64,000 bases of DNA, from assembly GCA_047967505.1 (NCBI GenBank), contig CM106538.1. The stretch is one strand, 5' to 3'. Under the pieces are notes generated by a model. It was not told the origin of the DNA, made no database searches, and worked only from the letters and a program-made list of their open reading frames with translations. The DNA is from Dipteris shenzhenensis (Eukaryota). Positions 36,101-49,007 of this stretch are shown in pieces; the stretch's first letter is position 1, and each line of letters starts with the position of its first letter. A program made the translations under genes and the position numbers.

Positions 36101-37369
36101 TTGATATCACTAGCGACACTCAGTAAATGGAATGTGTATCAGCTCGATGTCAAGAATGCATTTCTCAATGGTTATCTAGACGAGGAAGTCTACATGCAAC
36201 AACCAGCCGGTTATGTTGAACCAGGACAGGAGAACAAGGTTTGCCATCTCAAGAAAAGTCTCTATGGCTTAAAGCAAGCACCCAGAAGTTGGTACAGCAG
36301 AATTGACACATATTTTGCTGATCTAGGATACATGAAGTCCAATGCAGATCATACTCTCTACTACAAAGTTCAAGGGGAAGATATTACTATTGCACTTTTG
36401 TACGTAGATGATCTGATTGTGATAGGAAGCAAGGATAGCTTCATCAAAAAGCTAAAACAAGACTTATCTGCAGAGTTCGACATGAAAGATCTTGGACTTA
36501 TGCACTATTGTCTTGGAATTGAGTTCTGGAGAGATTCAGATAGCACATTCATGAGTCAGCTCAAGTATGTTGACAGTCTCCTGAAGAAGTTTCATATGGC
36601 AGATTGCAAGATTGCAGCCACTCCCATGGAACAGAGTTTGAAACTTACTAAAGATTCAGAAAAGCCTACAGTCAATGACAGATACTACAGGCAACTCATT
36701 GGATCTCTTATATATCTGACAATCACACGGCCAGATATTTGTTATGCAGTAAGCTCACTAGCACAGTTTATGGCAAATCCAAAATAGTCTCACTGGAATG
36801 CAGCCAAAAGAGTCTTGAGATACATCAGAGGTACAAGACAATTTGGGATAGAATACAGAGGAAGTCATCCACGGTTGCATGGATACTGTGACAGTGACTA
36901 TGCCGGAGATCATGAGACCAGGAGATCGACACAGGGATATGCATTTTTCCTTGGTCAAGGTGCTATATCATGGTTGTCAAACAAACAGCCAACTGTTTCT
37001 CTGTCTTCGACTGAAGCAGAATATAGAGCACTCACTACAGGTGCATGTGAGGCTATATGGCTCAGAAGACTATTGTCAAAAACAGATTACTTTGATGAGT
37101 CAAAGCCAACAACAATATACTGTGATAATCAATCGGCTCAAGCATTGGCCAAAAATCTAGTATATCACTCCAGAACAAAGCACATTGATGTCAGAGAGCA
37201 CTTCATCAGAGAAAGAGTGTTACTTGGTGACATCACACTGCAGCATTGTGATAGCAAAGAAAATGTTGCAGACATCTTTACCAAACCACTCGGTAAAGAG
37301 CTATTCGAGAAACACCGACTAGCTCTTGGTTTGATGCAGAGGAAGGACATTCCCATTAAAGGGGTGTGA
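33123..37369 (+). pseudogene. Copia C gag-pol with multiple nonsense codons and a frameshift
   Basis: CNYCHKFGHYERDC, WYIDSGASSHM, RSDRGGEY, YVDDL, GYCDSDYAG. Stops at 33195, 34367, 34904, 35492, 36785; frameshift ~33820. Confidence 0.95.
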
Positions 37370-38763
37370 TGGAATGTAATGCTCAGTCCTTCTTCGATTC
37401 CCCAGAATCATCATCTTGAGGGAAGGCCTACTTCATGATGTTGATCTTGAGGGAAGGTGTTGAGAGTTCACGCTCAACATCATGTGATCATGTGTGCATA
37501 GCACCATCACGTGATCATATGTGCATAGCACTAACCTTATAGAGTGCTATAAAGGAAAGGGTTAGCTCCCCTAACCCTAACCCTAAAAGGGTTTGTATAT
37601 ATTCTATTTTTTCAACTAATTCTAGTGTACAGTTAGTCATTTGTGGTGTGCTCTCTAGCTGTGCCCTCTCTCCCCATCTCCACTCTTCTCCTCTCCCCTC
37701 TTCATATTTTGTCACTACCACGGTCTCCAAATCGGCTTGCTCTACCTCTGCCTCTACCTCTTCCAGCATTTGAGTAGAAGACTGCTTCTTTTGAAGTTCC
37801 TCCTAAAGAAGATGCACCACCATTTCTCTGCTCTTTAGAAATTAGAAGAGCAATCAACTCCTCAAAATCAATAAAGATCTCATGGACTGCAATGGATGTC
37901 TAGAATTATGCATAATCCTTTCCTAGACCATTCAAGGTTACAGAAACTAAATCATCATCTTCCACTGGTGACCCAATAGAAGCAAGTGCATCTGCAATCT
38001 TCTTCACCTTCATGTGGTAGTCATTGATGCTCATATTTTCTCTCCACATTATGTAACTCCTCCTGCTTGAGCTGTATTTTCCTGGCTTGCATATTTGTGC
38101 TATATATTTTTGTCAAAGTATCCCACATGTCCTTCGGCGTGCTTGCATCCTGAATATGCATAATCATAGAATCTTAAATACTGATAGACAGCTAGTACAT
38201 AACTTTTTTGGCTCTCTCATGCCAGCCTTTAAATGCCTGCAACTCCTTTTGATTAAGAACATTAGGAATAACTGGTTCTTGTTTAGCTCCAGGAATGAAC
38301 TCCCAATAGCCTTTTTCCTTAAGGAAATTCATCATTCTAAACTTCCATGCTTGGAAGTTGTTCTTGTCAAGCTTTTCAGTGGCAATTTGTGAAAGAGCAT
38401 CAAACGCCATTACAGAACACTGCAAAATATTCTGTCACTGTAAAAAAACACAACTTCTGCCTCACAAGGTCAAATCTGCAAAACTGATGAGAGTGGTATT
38501 TGACCACACAGTCACTTCCTAGTGATGATTATGCATCAATAAGCAATAAGAATGATTCTATCACTCCCAATATCTCTGCGCATAGGCATATGATGTGATT
38601 TCTATGATAACTTTTCATCGACCTACAGAACAGTTGTCGCACAGCAAAAACAAGGCACTTTCTTGAGTGCCTATGAAAAACTTCCACCACCAAAACGGGC
38701 CCTGAAATGGCCTCGAATCAAAAAAATAATAGGCTTGGGAGCTGATGTGGATGAACTTGGCTT

Positions 38764-40907
38764 TGTTGGAATACTGAAAAGAAAGAGTAGAGTGGACACA
38801 AACTCAGAATACTTGCTTATAGAATGAAGAAGAAAGAGGTCCTTAAGTAGGCACCTCATACAAGGTCACTGACATCACTGATGACCTCAAAGCTCCTCAA
38901 TCATCTCCTCAATCTGCTCCTAGATTCACTCAATCATCCTATGTGGCTTTTCCACCACCTAACTGTGCTTGTGGGCACCTAACTGTGCCTCTAGCACTCA
39001 CACATAGAAACATAAGGTGTGCCTGAGGCATACACCTTGAGATATCCCAACAAACCCCCCCTCAAGGAGATGCCTCAGGCTATGTCAAGGATACATCTAG
39101 TCTCATAGTTTCTCATGCCATCTCATGGTGGTCAAGGATAAATCTATGGCTAGGTTCTCATGCTAGCAAGGGTTCCCTTGGGTGTAAGGTAAACAGAAAG
39201 GGATACAAACAGACCTTCCAATGGTTATCTCTCCTACATGTACATGCACACAATGTCTGTAGGAGGTACCATGGAACAAACCATACACATGGCCTACATC
39301 ATAAGGTGACCAGAGGTGTTTACAAAACACACAACACACAATAGTTTATTTTCATTCATTTTGGAGGACTATCCAGGCTGAGTACCTTGACATAAAAAGA
39401 GTGATCTGGAGCATACATAGAGATGAGTTTAAAATGCATAATCTTCATGGGATGCCTCATCTTGTGGAGGCAAAATATCCATGTCAAGGCAAGGTCTTAC
39501 CACATGGGCAGTGTCTAGTGCCTTATAAGATGGTACTATGATAGAACAAGTGGATCTGAAAGTCATATCCTTCATGAGAACAATTATCTTGTCATCTCCA
39601 TAGTTGTGTAGAGAAGCATATCTTAGGTGTCTGACCTTCATCTTTTTCTTGTACTTGGAGTCAAATAAAAATGCCATGAGAGTGTAGATCTCTGTATTTG
39701 CTTCCTTTTTGGCAACCATTGTTTTGGCAATCTTCAATAAGGAAGTCAGGTTGGCATTTTCATCCTTTGTAGCATAACAAGACATTGCTTTATGTTTTGG
39801 CTTTTCACATATTTGGCATAAGCAAGCCATGAGAGGCTCTAACCCAAGTATTGGGTAGTGTCTTCTCTCTTACAAGGCAAAAAGAACTGAAATACTTCCA
39901 AAGTATAGCCACTTGTTGTAGCAAATAGTAGTGACTAGTTTTCAAACAATGATGCTTCTTCTTACATGCTTCATAGAAGTGGATGAAATAAACATTTTCC
40001 AATCAAAACCAGGTCTAGCAAGTCAAAACAAAACTGAATCCACACTTGTACTGAAGTTATTGAAAGCTTCAAAAAACCAGAAATGCTAGAGTAGCATTTT
40101 ATGTAGCATCATCTTCAAAAACTTGTCCAAAACTGTCAAAACTGAAAAGCTGAACTTGGAGGGCTTGTAGCTCACTCTTCAAAGCAAGGAAAAGAGGGCT
40201 TTCTGAAGCAAAAGAAAGCTCATATACCAGAGAAGGTCCAGCATAGAGGTTGGACGAAATGGTGCGCACTTTTGCCCGGGAGAGTTGCTACAGGCTGAAA
40301 CTGAGTTTTGACGATTTCTCCCTTGTTACTGAACCAAATGACTTGAAAAATGGCTCAAAATCTTCGTCTTGAGGTCGCCCATCTACTCCTAAGAGGGCTC
40401 AGGCAATGGCGGAGTATGCAGGGAGTATTGAGCAACAGAAGAAATTCGCTGTTTGGAGAATGGCAGCCACCACAGACGTTTTTTCTTCAATTGCTTGCAG
40501 GTGGAAGTTCGCCCATACTAGAGGAGTTTCCAGCTCAGAGGGTTTGGGCAATGGCTGTTTGTAGATGGAGAACCAAGCTCTCAAAGATTTTGGAAAGAAA
40601 GAGGAAAATGGAGAAGAAGAAGATGAAGAAGAAGATGATGATGTGGCAGAAATAGGCTCAAGGGGGATCAAAGGGCTCTGATACCATGTTGGAATACTGA
40701 AAAGAAAGAGTAGAGTGGACACAAACTCAGAATACTTGCTTATAGAATGAAGAAGAAAGAGGTCCTTAAGTAGGCACCTCATACAAGGTCACTGACATCA
40801 CTGATGACCTCAAAGCTCCTCAATCATCTCCTCAATCTGCTCCTAGATTCACTCAATCATCCTATGTGGCTTTTCCACCACCTAACTGTGCTTGTGGGCA
40901 CCTAACT
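38764..40907 (-). mobile_element. Gag-only family member #3 with replaced gag core and truncated 5' LTR
   Basis: LTRs at 38764-39052 and 40687-40907 (truncated), same family as #2; PBS at 40675-40686; GGCTT at 38759-38763 and 40908-40912. Confidence 0.9.
39429..39830 (-). CDS. Chimeric 133-aa ORF: gag start and gag C-terminal tail around a different zinc-knuckle-bearing core
   Basis: Same ATG context and LPPQDEASHEDYAF* ending as the gag of element #2; the middle is unrelated and begins CQICEKPKHKAMSC. Confidence 0.6.
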   Translation of the reverse strand: MACLCQICEKPKHKAMSCYATKDENANLTSLLKIAKTMVAKKEANTEIYTLMAFLFDSKYKKKMKVRHLRYASLHNYGDDKIIVLMKDMTFRSTCSIIVPSYKALDTAHVVRPCLDMDILPPQDEASHEDYAF

Positions 40908-40912
40908 GGCTT

Positions 40913-41500
40913 CTCATTGCTTGGTGGAGGTAGAGGCAGGACTTGTGTAATTGCAGGACTTGTGTCCGAACGGGAACATGATTGGGGGACTTGTGTCCGA
41001 ACGGGAGTAGGATGCAGCCTCAAAGATAGGGGCACTTATGCAAGTGTTGGTTGCCTGTACACTTGCATGGGTGCTGGTTGGTATTGTTGAGGTCAAGGTG
41101 GGTTGTTGTGCATGTTGAAGATGCAACTATTTTCATCATGGCCACCACTGACTACACAAATATGACACCACAACTTTGGCAGTGGATTTGCTTGTGCAAT
41201 GATTCTGACTCTTAGGACTGGGCATTCATTTGCTATATGATTGCCTATGCAATGTGGCCACCATACATTTTCTGATCGTGGATAAGTCTGAGGTGGTGGT
41301 GGCTGAGACATGTGAAGCTTTTGTTCCATGGCCTGCATCATTTCTTCTTTTAGCTTCATGGTCATGGCCTCTAGGCGATCTTCATTTCACGTTTCAGCAA
41401 TGGACTTGGATTTTCCCTTTTTAGAGCATTTATCTTGTGCACTGGATCTTCCATCATCACTACTGGTGTTAGAATCGGTCATTCCATCTTCAATGTCAAT
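40913..41500 (-). pseudogene. Probable Gypsy gag remnant, host of element #3
   Basis: Cys/His knuckle-like WCHICVVSGGHDENSC and a Pro-rich tail that reads on across the TSD into 38730-38763 (..PPSNEKPSSSTSAPKPI). Confidence 0.55.
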
Positions 41501-41770
41501 GACTGTTCCATGAGTAGCACTGAAAGTTTTGTAACTGCTAATCTTTTTCATGTCTCTGTAGATTTTCTTAGTCTTGCAATGAACCAGGCCGTGAGGTCTA
41601 GAATGGCATGTAAAAAGGAGCATCATTGGCATCAATTAAAAAGAAGGAGAAAGGAAGACCGTCTACGATTTATAAATAAATAAATAATATAAGAAAGATA
41701 ATGTGGATTAAGAAATTTCTTGATTGCAAGGGATTGGGGGGCCTTTTCTTAAATATATGTATAAGACTTT

Positions 41771-41993
<223 letters not shown>

Positions 41994-43959
41994 CTCTGAT
42001 CTACCATCCATTGTTTTCATACCCCTCAATATATCCATCTCTCCTCAAATTGAATCCAAGCTCCCTTGATTGCCTTCCAATGGTTCTAATCCATGGATTT
42101 GTAATGATTCTACATAGATGGACCTTACAATTTTGCACCACTCAAATCTTCTCGAATGTGCAGTGTCAAAATATCTTGCCTAAACTCTATTTGAATTGTT
42201 ACATCATCATTATTTTTGGAACCCAAGGTAAGCTTGGTAGCTCCAACACATTTTACAATCACTACAGTGTTTGGCTCTAACAAATTTGTCATAGTGGAAA
42301 TAATTTTAACAAGCTCATCATGCTCTTCCTCAAAAACATTCTCTTCCTCAACACCCATGTCCAAATTAGCTATCCCACAACTATGTGCTTTGGGAAATAC
42401 CATTATTCGAGCTCATATTGAAAGACAACACAAGTTCATGAGGATTGAAGCTATGGTGAGATTCAAGACCCAATCAAAAAAATATTAAAACAAAAAATGA
42501 AAGCTGGATTTTTGTGCCTATTTTATGACCGCAATGTGTTAGCATATAAATTGAAACAATCTATGTGCCAAATATAATATATTGTTATGTGATGAGCATG
42601 GGCTTGTCCATACCCTTTGATTGTATGTGGCACTACACATAGTTGAAGGGACAATATTAAATTTGTAGGAATTCGTATAATAGGTGACTATCGTTTAAAT
42701 TTTCTCCCAAACAAGGAGTCTCCAGATGGATTAAATCATGAAAATATTACAAAGGAAAACTAGGCAATTCTAGGCTGAGAACAATCATGCAAACAAGAGG
42801 CCAATCTACTTGCCCATGAAGAAACCATCTGTTCTCTACTGCAAAACTTATCTAGCCCACAAGATGGCCAACTTGTAGATTAGCCCAAAGATTACCCCCA
42901 GGGACAAACCTTGCCACAAGATTACACGATGGCTAAGTAGTGACTAGTTGTGAAGCAAGAGAAGAGTAGTAGAGAAATCCCCTTTGCCATGGGAAACCTT
43001 CGTAAGTATTTACAAAGTTGATGCAAATTGAGGGAAGGCAAGAGAGCTCTTCAACCCCATTCAACTATGTGCAGTGCTACACATAGTTGTGGAACCTTAT
43101 GTAAAGGTTTAAATCCAACGTTAATTAACCTTGTGAAGGAGGGTTAGCTAGAGCCTTCATGCCCTTTGATCAAGACAAGCTTACAAATGGAAGCAATAGA
43201 GGGAAGATAATTTCCATAACAATAGAGGTGCAAAGTTATGGCCCATGCTCTTCATAGAAGATGAGATGAGCTTCTCATGAGAACATGAGCTTGGAAGGAG
43301 AGGCTTTGGCACATTGTAATGGCCAAGCTAGCCAAACATAGCATGGCAACCATGATGAGGTTCAAAGAGAGTCCCTTGTTTTTTAGATACTCTTGTTAGG
43401 CCAACTACTCACAAATTTGTATAGATTCGAGTGCCCCTGCACTCTCTTCAACTCTGTACACACAGTTTAAGATGGCATTATTGTAGATTGTGCTTGAATC
43501 GACCTCTCCCTCAGGAGATGCTTGCCCTAATGTACACATAAGAAAGCCTTATTTCATCAAGTATGTCTCTAATATAGACATAAGAAAGCCTCAGGTATTC
43601 ATGTAATACTAACATCTATTTAGAAGCACAGTGCACCCATAAGCTCACTTAAATCAATTTTGAGAAATCTATCAATGCTATCCATTTGACAAACATATGT
43701 AGTATTGGAGCTAAAGTTGATCTATATTTTGCAATAGATTAAATGAAGTTGAACCAATCTTTTAGTCAAATAGAGGCAAGGCCTTAAGAAAGGTGGAGTG
43801 GCTTTTTTTGTGTGTTGAAAGATGTGGTTGAAGGAGAGTAGTGTTAAAGAAGATATGGTTGAAGGTGAGGAATGGAACCATGCAATATTTTCAAGTTGGT
43901 GGCCCTCCTCTTTGTAGAGGTCAGGATGCCAATTGCATCCTTGTTAAGAGGGAGTCCTA

Positions 43960-44415
43960 CCCTCAGGTGAGACCTCTCAAACTAGATGAATGGGCAACTC
44001 CTATCCCAAGGTCCTACCAACCACTAAGATGACCAACCCCATAGGAGGAGATCCAAAACCTACCCAAGGTCCCCATCAATAAGTTAGGCAAAGGTAATGA
44101 TATTAATGTAGCTACTACTACCATAGCATACTAGAACCAAAAGGTTGATGCCATCCTAGATGTGGGAGTGGTTGTGAGTGTCTGCACCAAGGAATTTTGG
44201 GAGAGGTAGGGAAAACCTTCTCTCAAGCAAACCCATCTGATAGTAGTAAAGCTAGCTGATGTTGAAACAGTTGAACGCCTAGGAATTCTCACAAGTATTA
44301 ATGTCAAAGTATTTGTCTTCACATACCCCATTCAATTTGTGACCATGTACTTCACCCAATAGCTCAGATTTGAAGCCATCCTAGACAGGCCCTTCCTATG
44401 AATGTCTGGACTCAT
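43960..44415 (+). pseudogene. Gypsy protease remnant of the same family as 2300-2740
   Basis: NQKVDAILDVGVVVSV...VVKLAD...AILDRPF; related sequence resumes near 56715 (similar to 3060-3300). Confidence 0.8.
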
Positions 44416-45117
44416 TGTTAAAAGAAACAACCATGGAGCATGGCAACACATCTGGCCCTATGGGTTTGACGCACAAATGGCTCAACATCAATCTAGCCCT
44501 ATGGGGTTTGAGCCACAAATGGCTCAACATCGATCTAGTCCTATGGGTTTTGAGTTGCAAATGGCTTAGGACAGAGGTAGGCACCGGGATCATCCAAATT
44601 AGCAAGGATAACACAAGAACCATTTGAATCCTGTCTATGGATAACACAAGAGCCATTTGAAGATAAGAGGAGGTTGAGAGAATGCCTTGGCGCCAAATGG
44701 GCCCAAGTGGTTGTAACAAAAGAGAGATCAAGAGAGAGTGGTATAAGGAAAAGGGTTCACCCTACCTTCAAAATGTGATATGTATAAAAGGCCAATGCAC
44801 AAGTTTGGAATACAAGCTCCCTCTTCTCTTGCAAGAGTGTCTTTGGGTGTTCTTTTATTTCCCTTGTAGTGCCTTTGTGTTTGCCACTCCATCTCCCTTT
44901 ACACTCCTCTTCTCATCCCCTTCTCCCTCTCTTCTCCCCTCTCCCCTTCCCCTCTTTCTCTCATGGAAACACATTGCAACAATCCGGGAGCTTCTCGAGT
45001 GACACTTGCGATGGCTTGCACTTTGCATTGCTCTCACAAGGAGTATCTTGGAGTGGAGGCTACATCGGCATTCCTTCAAGATCCCCATGACACGTGAGTC
45101 AGCATAGAGACTACACA
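44416..45117 (+). repeat. Athila-like 5' LTR with ~42-bp internal tandem repeats
   Basis: Starts TGTTAA, ends ACACA, followed by a PBS-like sequence. Its start recurs at 56514 after a purine tract and its 3' half recurs at 22175-22520. Confidence 0.7.
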
Positions 45118-45121
45118 TCTT

Positions 45122-45139
45122 TGGCATTGTTTCCAGGGA
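45122..45139 (+). promoter_or_regulatory. Degenerate tRNA-Asp-type PBS
   Basis: TGGCATTGTTTCCAGGGA versus the Athila-type TGGCGCCGTTGCCGGGGA; 5 differences, 4 of them transitions. Confidence 0.55.
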
Positions 45140-46169
45140 GTTCAAGATATGCTTTTGGATTGCACTTGCTTTCGCTTGTCATTTACCCATTTCTCATTGT
45201 TTCAAGCTTAACTTGGAGCTTTGTTAGTGGAGTTGTAGAAGAGGAAAGAGTGAGGAAGTGTGAGTTGTGACAGAAAAAGAAAAGTGTCGTTTTCTTGTTG
45301 GAAGCTAGTTTGGATCATGTGAAGCTTGTTTTTTATGTTTTTTTAGTGTTTTGAACTAATAGGAAGATAGTTTAGAGGATTGTTAAGGTGTGTGTGATAG
45401 CGAACTCCAACAAAAACACCCAAAAGTGATGCTTTGAGTGAATTTTGAAGTTGGTTTGGAAGGAGAAACTATCACCTTTTGCAAAAAATCCCTTTTGTCA
45501 TTCAAATGTTGTTCTTTTTTGTTGTTTTTTGCATTAGGTAGGTAGATTAGCTAGTTTGGCATCCCCCCATCACAAAAAAACTCAAACAAAAACTCTAAAA
45601 TTTTCAAGAATCATCAAAAACCAGTCAATGACACTGTGCATTCCTATCCCCATGAGTCGTCACCTTAGCCCCTATTCCCACGGGTTGTTGCCTTAGCTCT
45701 ATCCCTAGGGTCAAAGATGAGTTGACCCATCGCCTTAGGCTTAACCCCAAGATTTGACAACTATCTACCAACTAACCCACCACCTTATTTAATACATGTC
45801 AGAATCTCCTATCCTGCTGGCCTCTGATAGGCATTGACCCATGGCCTTGAGCCTATGCCCACAACTCGTCGGCTTACTGTGTCAACCCTACAATGAAACT
45901 GTTACCATTCTAGCATCCCATCGACCATCACCTTAAGTCCATTCCCATGACCCGTTGACTTACGGCCAACCATGCAGCCATCATCATACTCACATCCTGT
46001 CGACTTGATCACTGCCCATTGCTTTAGCACTAACCCTACGACTGCTGGCATACCATCCTCACCCCTAGCCCACCAACACATGTCAACAATCTATCCCTAC
46101 ACCCATCGCCATACTTCTATCCCTCCACTGATCGCTATAAGTCTATTCATATGCCCATCTCGCCTTACT

Positions 46170-48600
46170 ACTAACCCTACAATCATGGGGATAGCTCTAT
46201 GGGGACAGACCCACTGTCAAAAATACAAAATTAAATTCGAGACAAAGTGTACCTCCGTGGAGATCTTATACATGAACTTGAGGTCTGAAAGCATTATGTC
46301 CAAGGAAGTTGAGCCTGAGGACAGTGTTTCGAAGTACACTCAGCCCACTTTTTGCCCTAGTTTGGGATCTCGACTACAATTGGGAGCTCCATTCCTAGCC
46401 CTCACTTAGTGTTAAGGGCCTCAACATGAGGACCGCTCTAGCTCCGATGAGACGGAGAGCTTGAATGAGAAAATGAAAGACCCCACGGGCCCGAGGGCTT
46501 CTGAAGCCCCCTACTCTTGCCTAGTTCTACCTCATTCTCATGCTCCTTCCATAGCCTCTAGATTAAGAGGGACGATATATGTTTGCATGACTTGGCCAAG
46601 CAGATTCAGTAGATATTGAGAACCCTTTTCCCAGTATGTTCGCAAAAAGAGGAGGCCGACAACAACTAGCCCCTAAGCCATAGGTAGGGATCGAGGCCAC
46701 TTTTGTGGACTCAAGACCCATAGTCTTCATTAGGGCACCCTGACTCTGAGAGCATGGAGGACGAGGACCCATGGATGAGGGACTTTGCAAGGCAAAAACC
46801 TGGTCAAGAAAATGTACAAGACTTCCAAGGGGGAAACTCTTATGAACTTCTGATGTTTCAGGTGCATTGGCTGACTACATGGTCCCGTAAGCCCCACCTT
46901 ATAGATCGATGCAAGGAACATCCATGCAAATGCCTAATGACCCACTTCCTTTAGAAAACCGTACATCCATGTAGATGTATGGGCGAGCAAGCTTCACAAC
47001 CCCAACCTCGGTACCAACAACCCAATGGATCCCGCCACTAGGACCAACTTGAGGCTGTCTCTATGATCCATTAGGCCCATAATATTTCCACCTCCAGCAG
47101 CTTTCCAAATGGTGATATCGGATTGAGGCGATGTGCATTCTGGTGAACAAACTAAGAATGGGGTCTGACCCAGCCTCGACCACACCTATATTTCTAGCAG
47201 GGATCACCAATCCCTCTAAGAGTCCACCCATAAATTGGCACCAGTGCTCCAGAGGTTGCTGACCAAAGTCAAACAACATAGACCGCCACCAATCAATCAT
47301 GCCAAACATCCTTGCAAGGTTGGTAACACCACAAGTCATCAACTGAGCTGACTACATTTGCACGTAGATGAGCAAACACCTCAAGATGCATGGTGAGGTC
47401 TTGGGCAATCCAATGTTGTATATGCTCGTGCTCTACCACGTGCTAAGGCAACATCCACCTATTGGCTATGGGCTGGTCGACAAAGAAGCCACACGACCCA
47501 TTCTAGCTAGAGAAGAGGAGATAGTGGCTGACCCCAAATGAATAAGAATAGATCCAAGCCCCACCCCCTCCAGCTGCCCCACTCACCAAACCCTTGACAG
47601 CCAACTACATGCACAATACAAAGACCACCAGATGCGGGAATCCCTACGAAGGCAGCACCATCTCAAGCACTCCTCTTTGCACTCTAAGGGCAAGGCTGCT
47701 AGCTAGGTCCCCATCGATGTTGAAGACTTCCCTGGGGATGATACTGTAAGGATTGGCCTCCACCTGGAGCTCAAGGCACTCCAGCCACCCCCTCTGCTAC
47801 CCAAGTCATGGCCACAACTTTTGTCCAACCCTAGGAGACCGCCTCCTTCATCACCAAATCTTCTTCATCCCCATGGGTTGGGGTGATAGAAGCCCTATAA
47901 CTTTACAGTGCACTACAATACCAGACATTGAGCGGCTACAACACCATGTCAGTAGAGTAGCTCTAACAAGCTGATCATATGGAGCTTCAATTGTTGGATA
48001 CAATGGCCTAGCTCCTGCAGGTAGCATGAACCATGTTGCAGAGGAGTCAATAGCATGCCTCCCAATAACTATCCTTCTCTCTCCTACAAGCACAACTTAG
48101 CGCACGCAATAGCGACACTCTTATGGTTGCCACATAAGCCACCAAGAAAAATGCTATCATGATAGAGTAGAGGAATATCGGGCCAAGGCTGAAGCGTTGG
48201 AAGTTTCCCTCACCAAACTCAAGGATGAGCTTTATCCAGTGAATCCCTGAAGCAATACCCTCATGGACCAGTTGGATAAGGTAGAATCTATCCTTTGTGC
48301 CACGGAAGAATGAAGGGTGCACACCGAGGAACAAAATGCTAGGCTCAGGGAGGGTTCCGATAGATAGATCCAAACCCTCTAGGATCTCCTAGCATAGGAG
48401 CATGCCCTTACAGTCAAGATGCAAGCAGAGAATGAAAGCCTACGCACCTTTGGTCGTCTAAAGGAATCGCCATTGGAAGACAGAGAGCAGCAAGAGTTCT
48501 CACTGTATCGAGAGGTCTCCCCACAACTCGCCACTTACACTCTCTCCCCACGCACCATCCCTCAAACACTCCAAATGCACTTCAATGCACTCCTTGCATA
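46170..48600 (+). pseudogene. Decayed accessory ORF region of an Athila/Tat-like element
   Basis: KGKAAS*VPIDVEDFPGDDTVRIGLHLELK (~47690) matches KGKQVQEEPILIKDLRGNETVDIGIHLGAK (14150-14404, minus strand); upstream CCATCGCCATAC-type repeats are also shared. Confidence 0.6.
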
Positions 48601-49007
48601 GAATCTTCTCTTCCACATAGATCTCACTGCCCCTCTTCTACCCAACACACTCTAGACCATCCCCCATTGCCATCCCGACCATTGTCACCCTGTCCTTGCC
48701 ATGTCTTATTTCTCCCTTGACCTTCAGCTCGTTAATCTCTCACTCCTCCATCCTTTCGATCTTCAAACCCTCATTGCCCACCCCATCCTGCTAAACTTCT
48801 AGGCGTGGTGCCGAGTAATCACGGAGTCCACAAATTATCCATAAGATGATGAAGTGATGCAACTAGCTAAGCCTGACAAACTTAGCCCATGGGTTTGCAC
48901 TCCCGACAACCTCCAAGCTGACATAAATTGGATGTAAACGTATGGCTAGGCCTCCACCATCCCAATGCAAGGACACCTAGCTGCTCCATAGCCTACCATC
49001 CCCTCAG

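Larger units (their letters stand above)
30610..37714 (+). mobile_element. Full-length Ty1/Copia C carrying a captured alpha-tubulin fragment
   Basis: 257-bp LTRs at 30610-30866 and 37458-37714 (1 mismatch seen), TSD CTACC at 30605-30609/37715-37719, PBS at 30867-30878, PPT GAGGGAAGG before 37458. Confidence 0.97.
26732..38728 (-). mobile_element. Degenerate Copia B (relative of Copia A), lacking its 5' LTR, interrupted by Copia C
   Basis: 3' LTR ~26732-27083 resembles the Copia A LTR. Pol fragments at 27110-30456; gag at 37720-38410 joins across TSD CTACC; leader similar to 13250-13575. Confidence 0.9.

Noticed and set aside
42000-43900. Possible decayed host exons (ORF 42125-42403)
   Set aside because: No recognisable motif or supportable splice structure; left unannotated.
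44455-44570. Regularly spaced repeats as a CRISPR-like array (also 21345-21910 and 54879-54986)
   Set aside because: Head-to-tail tandem units without unique spacers, in plant LTR/leader sequence, with no cas genes.
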